A DNA stretch of 64,000 bases from Schizochytrium sp. TIO01 (taxonomy: Eukaryota; Protista; Bigyra: Labyrinthulomycetes). The position numbers and the translations under genes were made by a program. The stretch covers positions 2,852,001 to 2,916,000 of the forward strand of contig SMSO01000032.1 in assembly GCA_004764695.1 (NCBI GenBank), written 5' to 3'. Of this stretch, positions 62,120-64,000 are shown piece after piece (position 1 is the first letter of the stretch; each line of letters begins with the position of its first letter). The notes beneath the pieces were generated by a model. That model ran no database searches. It had not been told where the DNA came from and saw only the letters and a program-made list of their open reading frames with translations.

Positions 62120-63223
62120 ATGACAGGAAAAGCTTGGGATGGCAAAGCTCCGGCAGGCCCTGTCCTGGGTACCATGAACTGGGGCTTTGAGGCGCAGGTA
62201 AGCCAGGAAGTCGCTGGTGAAATGCTTGCTGAGTATGTCAAGGTATGCGAGGAAATGGGATACGATATCATTCTTGATACAGCCCGTGTTTATCAGCTTG
62301 GACAGACTGAAGAAATCATTGGGAACTTGCTCCAAGAAAATGATAAACCTTGGTCTGGCAAGAAAATTCAGGTCCACACCAAGGCCTCACCGCCTGTAGG
62401 TCCTCTCAGTAAGAGCGGTGTTCGTGAGCAGCTCGAGGCCAGTCTGAAGGCTTTGAAGATGGACTGCGTTGACGTATACTACTTGCACCAACCTGATATG
62501 CGTGTAGACATTGAGGAGACCCTTGAGGTTTGCAACGAACTGCACAAAGAGGGTAAGTTTAAAGAACTTGGTGTATCTGTTTTTGCAGCCTGGGATGTTG
62601 TGAGATGCGTCACCTTGTGCAGAGAGAAAGGCTGGGTTGAGCCCACTGTCTACCAGGGTCTGTATAACCCAATTTCACGCGGCCTAGACCCCGAGCTCTT
62701 TCCGGCAGTGCGTAGCTACAAGCTGCGTGTATACATCTTCAACCCGCTTGCAGGTGGTCTTTTGACTGGTCGCTACGCGTCTGTCGAGGATATCAAGGGG
62801 GCTACTGAAGGCCGCTTTTCTTCGGAATTTGACTTTGTTCCCAAATCACAAGAACATAGTTTTAAGGGTTACGGAGCTAAAGCCTACCAAGGTCTCTATG
62901 GCAGGGATGAGATGTTTAGTGCCCTTCAACTTCTCGTCGACGAGTGTGGCAGAGACAACATGGTTGAAAAGACAATCTCGTGGCTCCGTTTCTGCTCTTA
63001 TTTGTCTTCGCCAGATGGCATTATCTTTGGCGCAAGTAAAACTGCACATGTTAAGAGTAACCTGATTGCCTTTAGCGAGGGTAAACCTCTGAGCGAAAAG
63101 GAACAAGCCGCCTTCGCTACGGCTGCTCGTCTTTCTAAGCCCTTTCAGCCGGGGTATACTCGTGGGTATGGTTCTCTTCCCGGTACGGAGGACATCATTA
63201 TGAAGAAGTTCAAAGATAATTAA
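62120..63223 (+). CDS. Aldo-keto reductase, AKR7 (aflatoxin B1 aldehyde reductase)-like
   Basis: VLGTM, DTARVY (Asp, Tyr), HTKA (Lys), YYLHQPD (His), PTVYQGLYN, NPLAGGLLTG, IFGAS. ATG at 62120. Confidence 0.93.
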   Translation: MTGKAWDGKAPAGPVLGTMNWGFEAQVSQEVAGEMLAEYVKVCEEMGYDIILDTARVYQLGQTEEIIGNLLQENDKPWSGKKIQVHTKASPPVGPLSKSGVREQLEASLKALKMDCVDVYYLHQPDMRVDIEETLEVCNELHKEGKFKELGVSVFAAWDVVRCVTLCREKGWVEPTVYQGLYNPISRGLDPELFPAVRSYKLRVYIFNPLAGGLLTGRYASVEDIKGATEGRFSSEFDFVPKSQEHSFKGYGAKAYQGLYGRDEMFSALQLLVDECGRDNMVEKTISWLRFCSYLSSPDGIIFGASKTAHVKSNLIAFSEGKPLSEKEQAAFATAARLSKPFQPGYTRGYGSLPGTEDIIMKKFKDN

Positions 63224-64000
63224 AATTCCTTGGATCTGCACCAATCTCTCCTCACTTACTTTCTTGTTGTGCTCTGTCTTCTGATAGTAAGGTAAATAAT
63301 GGAAATTTTCTTTTTGAGTTATGTGGGGATGCCACAAGGTCTCAAACACTGATTCCCACATCTCTTCTTCTTTTGTTTTGCAGATGTTGTTACTAAAAAG
63401 ATAATGGATGAGAAAAATATATTCTCCCCTAAATGAATGTGATGTAATACCACATTATATCCTTAACAACAAAATGTGGCTTACTAGTTGTAATATGCTT
63501 TTTATTTGAATGTTCTTTCTTGCTATTTACTTTTCCAATCAGGCTTTCATATGCACTCAGAATATACGTGGACTCCGAATTGAGCTGATGCTGCGCCTGT
63601 ATCATTGAAACGGTGCCTCTCGAAGTTAAGAAGTAGTATGTTATTTTTTGTTTTTTTAAAGTGAAAGAAAAGGCTATATATATATTTAGAAATTTGCGGA
63701 ACTCATTTTATCAACGGCTATAAGAGTGAACTTGGAGCACGTGCACACTTGCGCCGCTTCATCAGAAAATCTATTCGTCTATGACAACAGTTTAGACATG
63801 GGCTAACCTTGCACTATCGTGAGCAAACTATCGCTGACAAGAGTATCCTAACTCTGAGTAAACCCTTAGAAAGTCCAAGGCTTGGTAGATATTGCGATTT
63901 TTCGGAGGGTGAAAGATGAGGCCCCGTATGGCACATGCAGCACCGAGCCGGCATCGCAAGCATTCCTCAGGGCGCCAGCTGCTTGATTTCGGAGAGCCTA

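Overview
Eukaryotic, intron-poor genomic DNA rich in tetranucleotide microsatellites. Its style suggests a thraustochytrid/labyrinthulomycete stramenopile (inference, not verified). The first ~13.8 kb has no credible gene. It is followed by a spliced ATP-dependent PEP carboxykinase with a mitochondrial-type presequence, and an LRR + NEL-type (IpaH/SspH2-like) E3 ubiquitin ligase split by a 1-nt frameshift. Further along are a KIX-like Gln-rich protein, a RING protein, a TPR-glycosyltransferase fusion split at a homopolymer, several hypothetical proteins, two paralogous type II membrane sulfotransferase-like genes, a 7TM protein and an AKR7-like aldo-keto reductase. The most notable hidden feature is not seen as one ORF in the track. 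It is a decayed Fanzor1 (eukaryotic TnpB-like RNA-guided nuclease) on the minus strand at ~44.75-45.44 kb, followed directly by a nested stem-loop array where an omegaRNA scaffold is expected (~44.61-44.75 kb).
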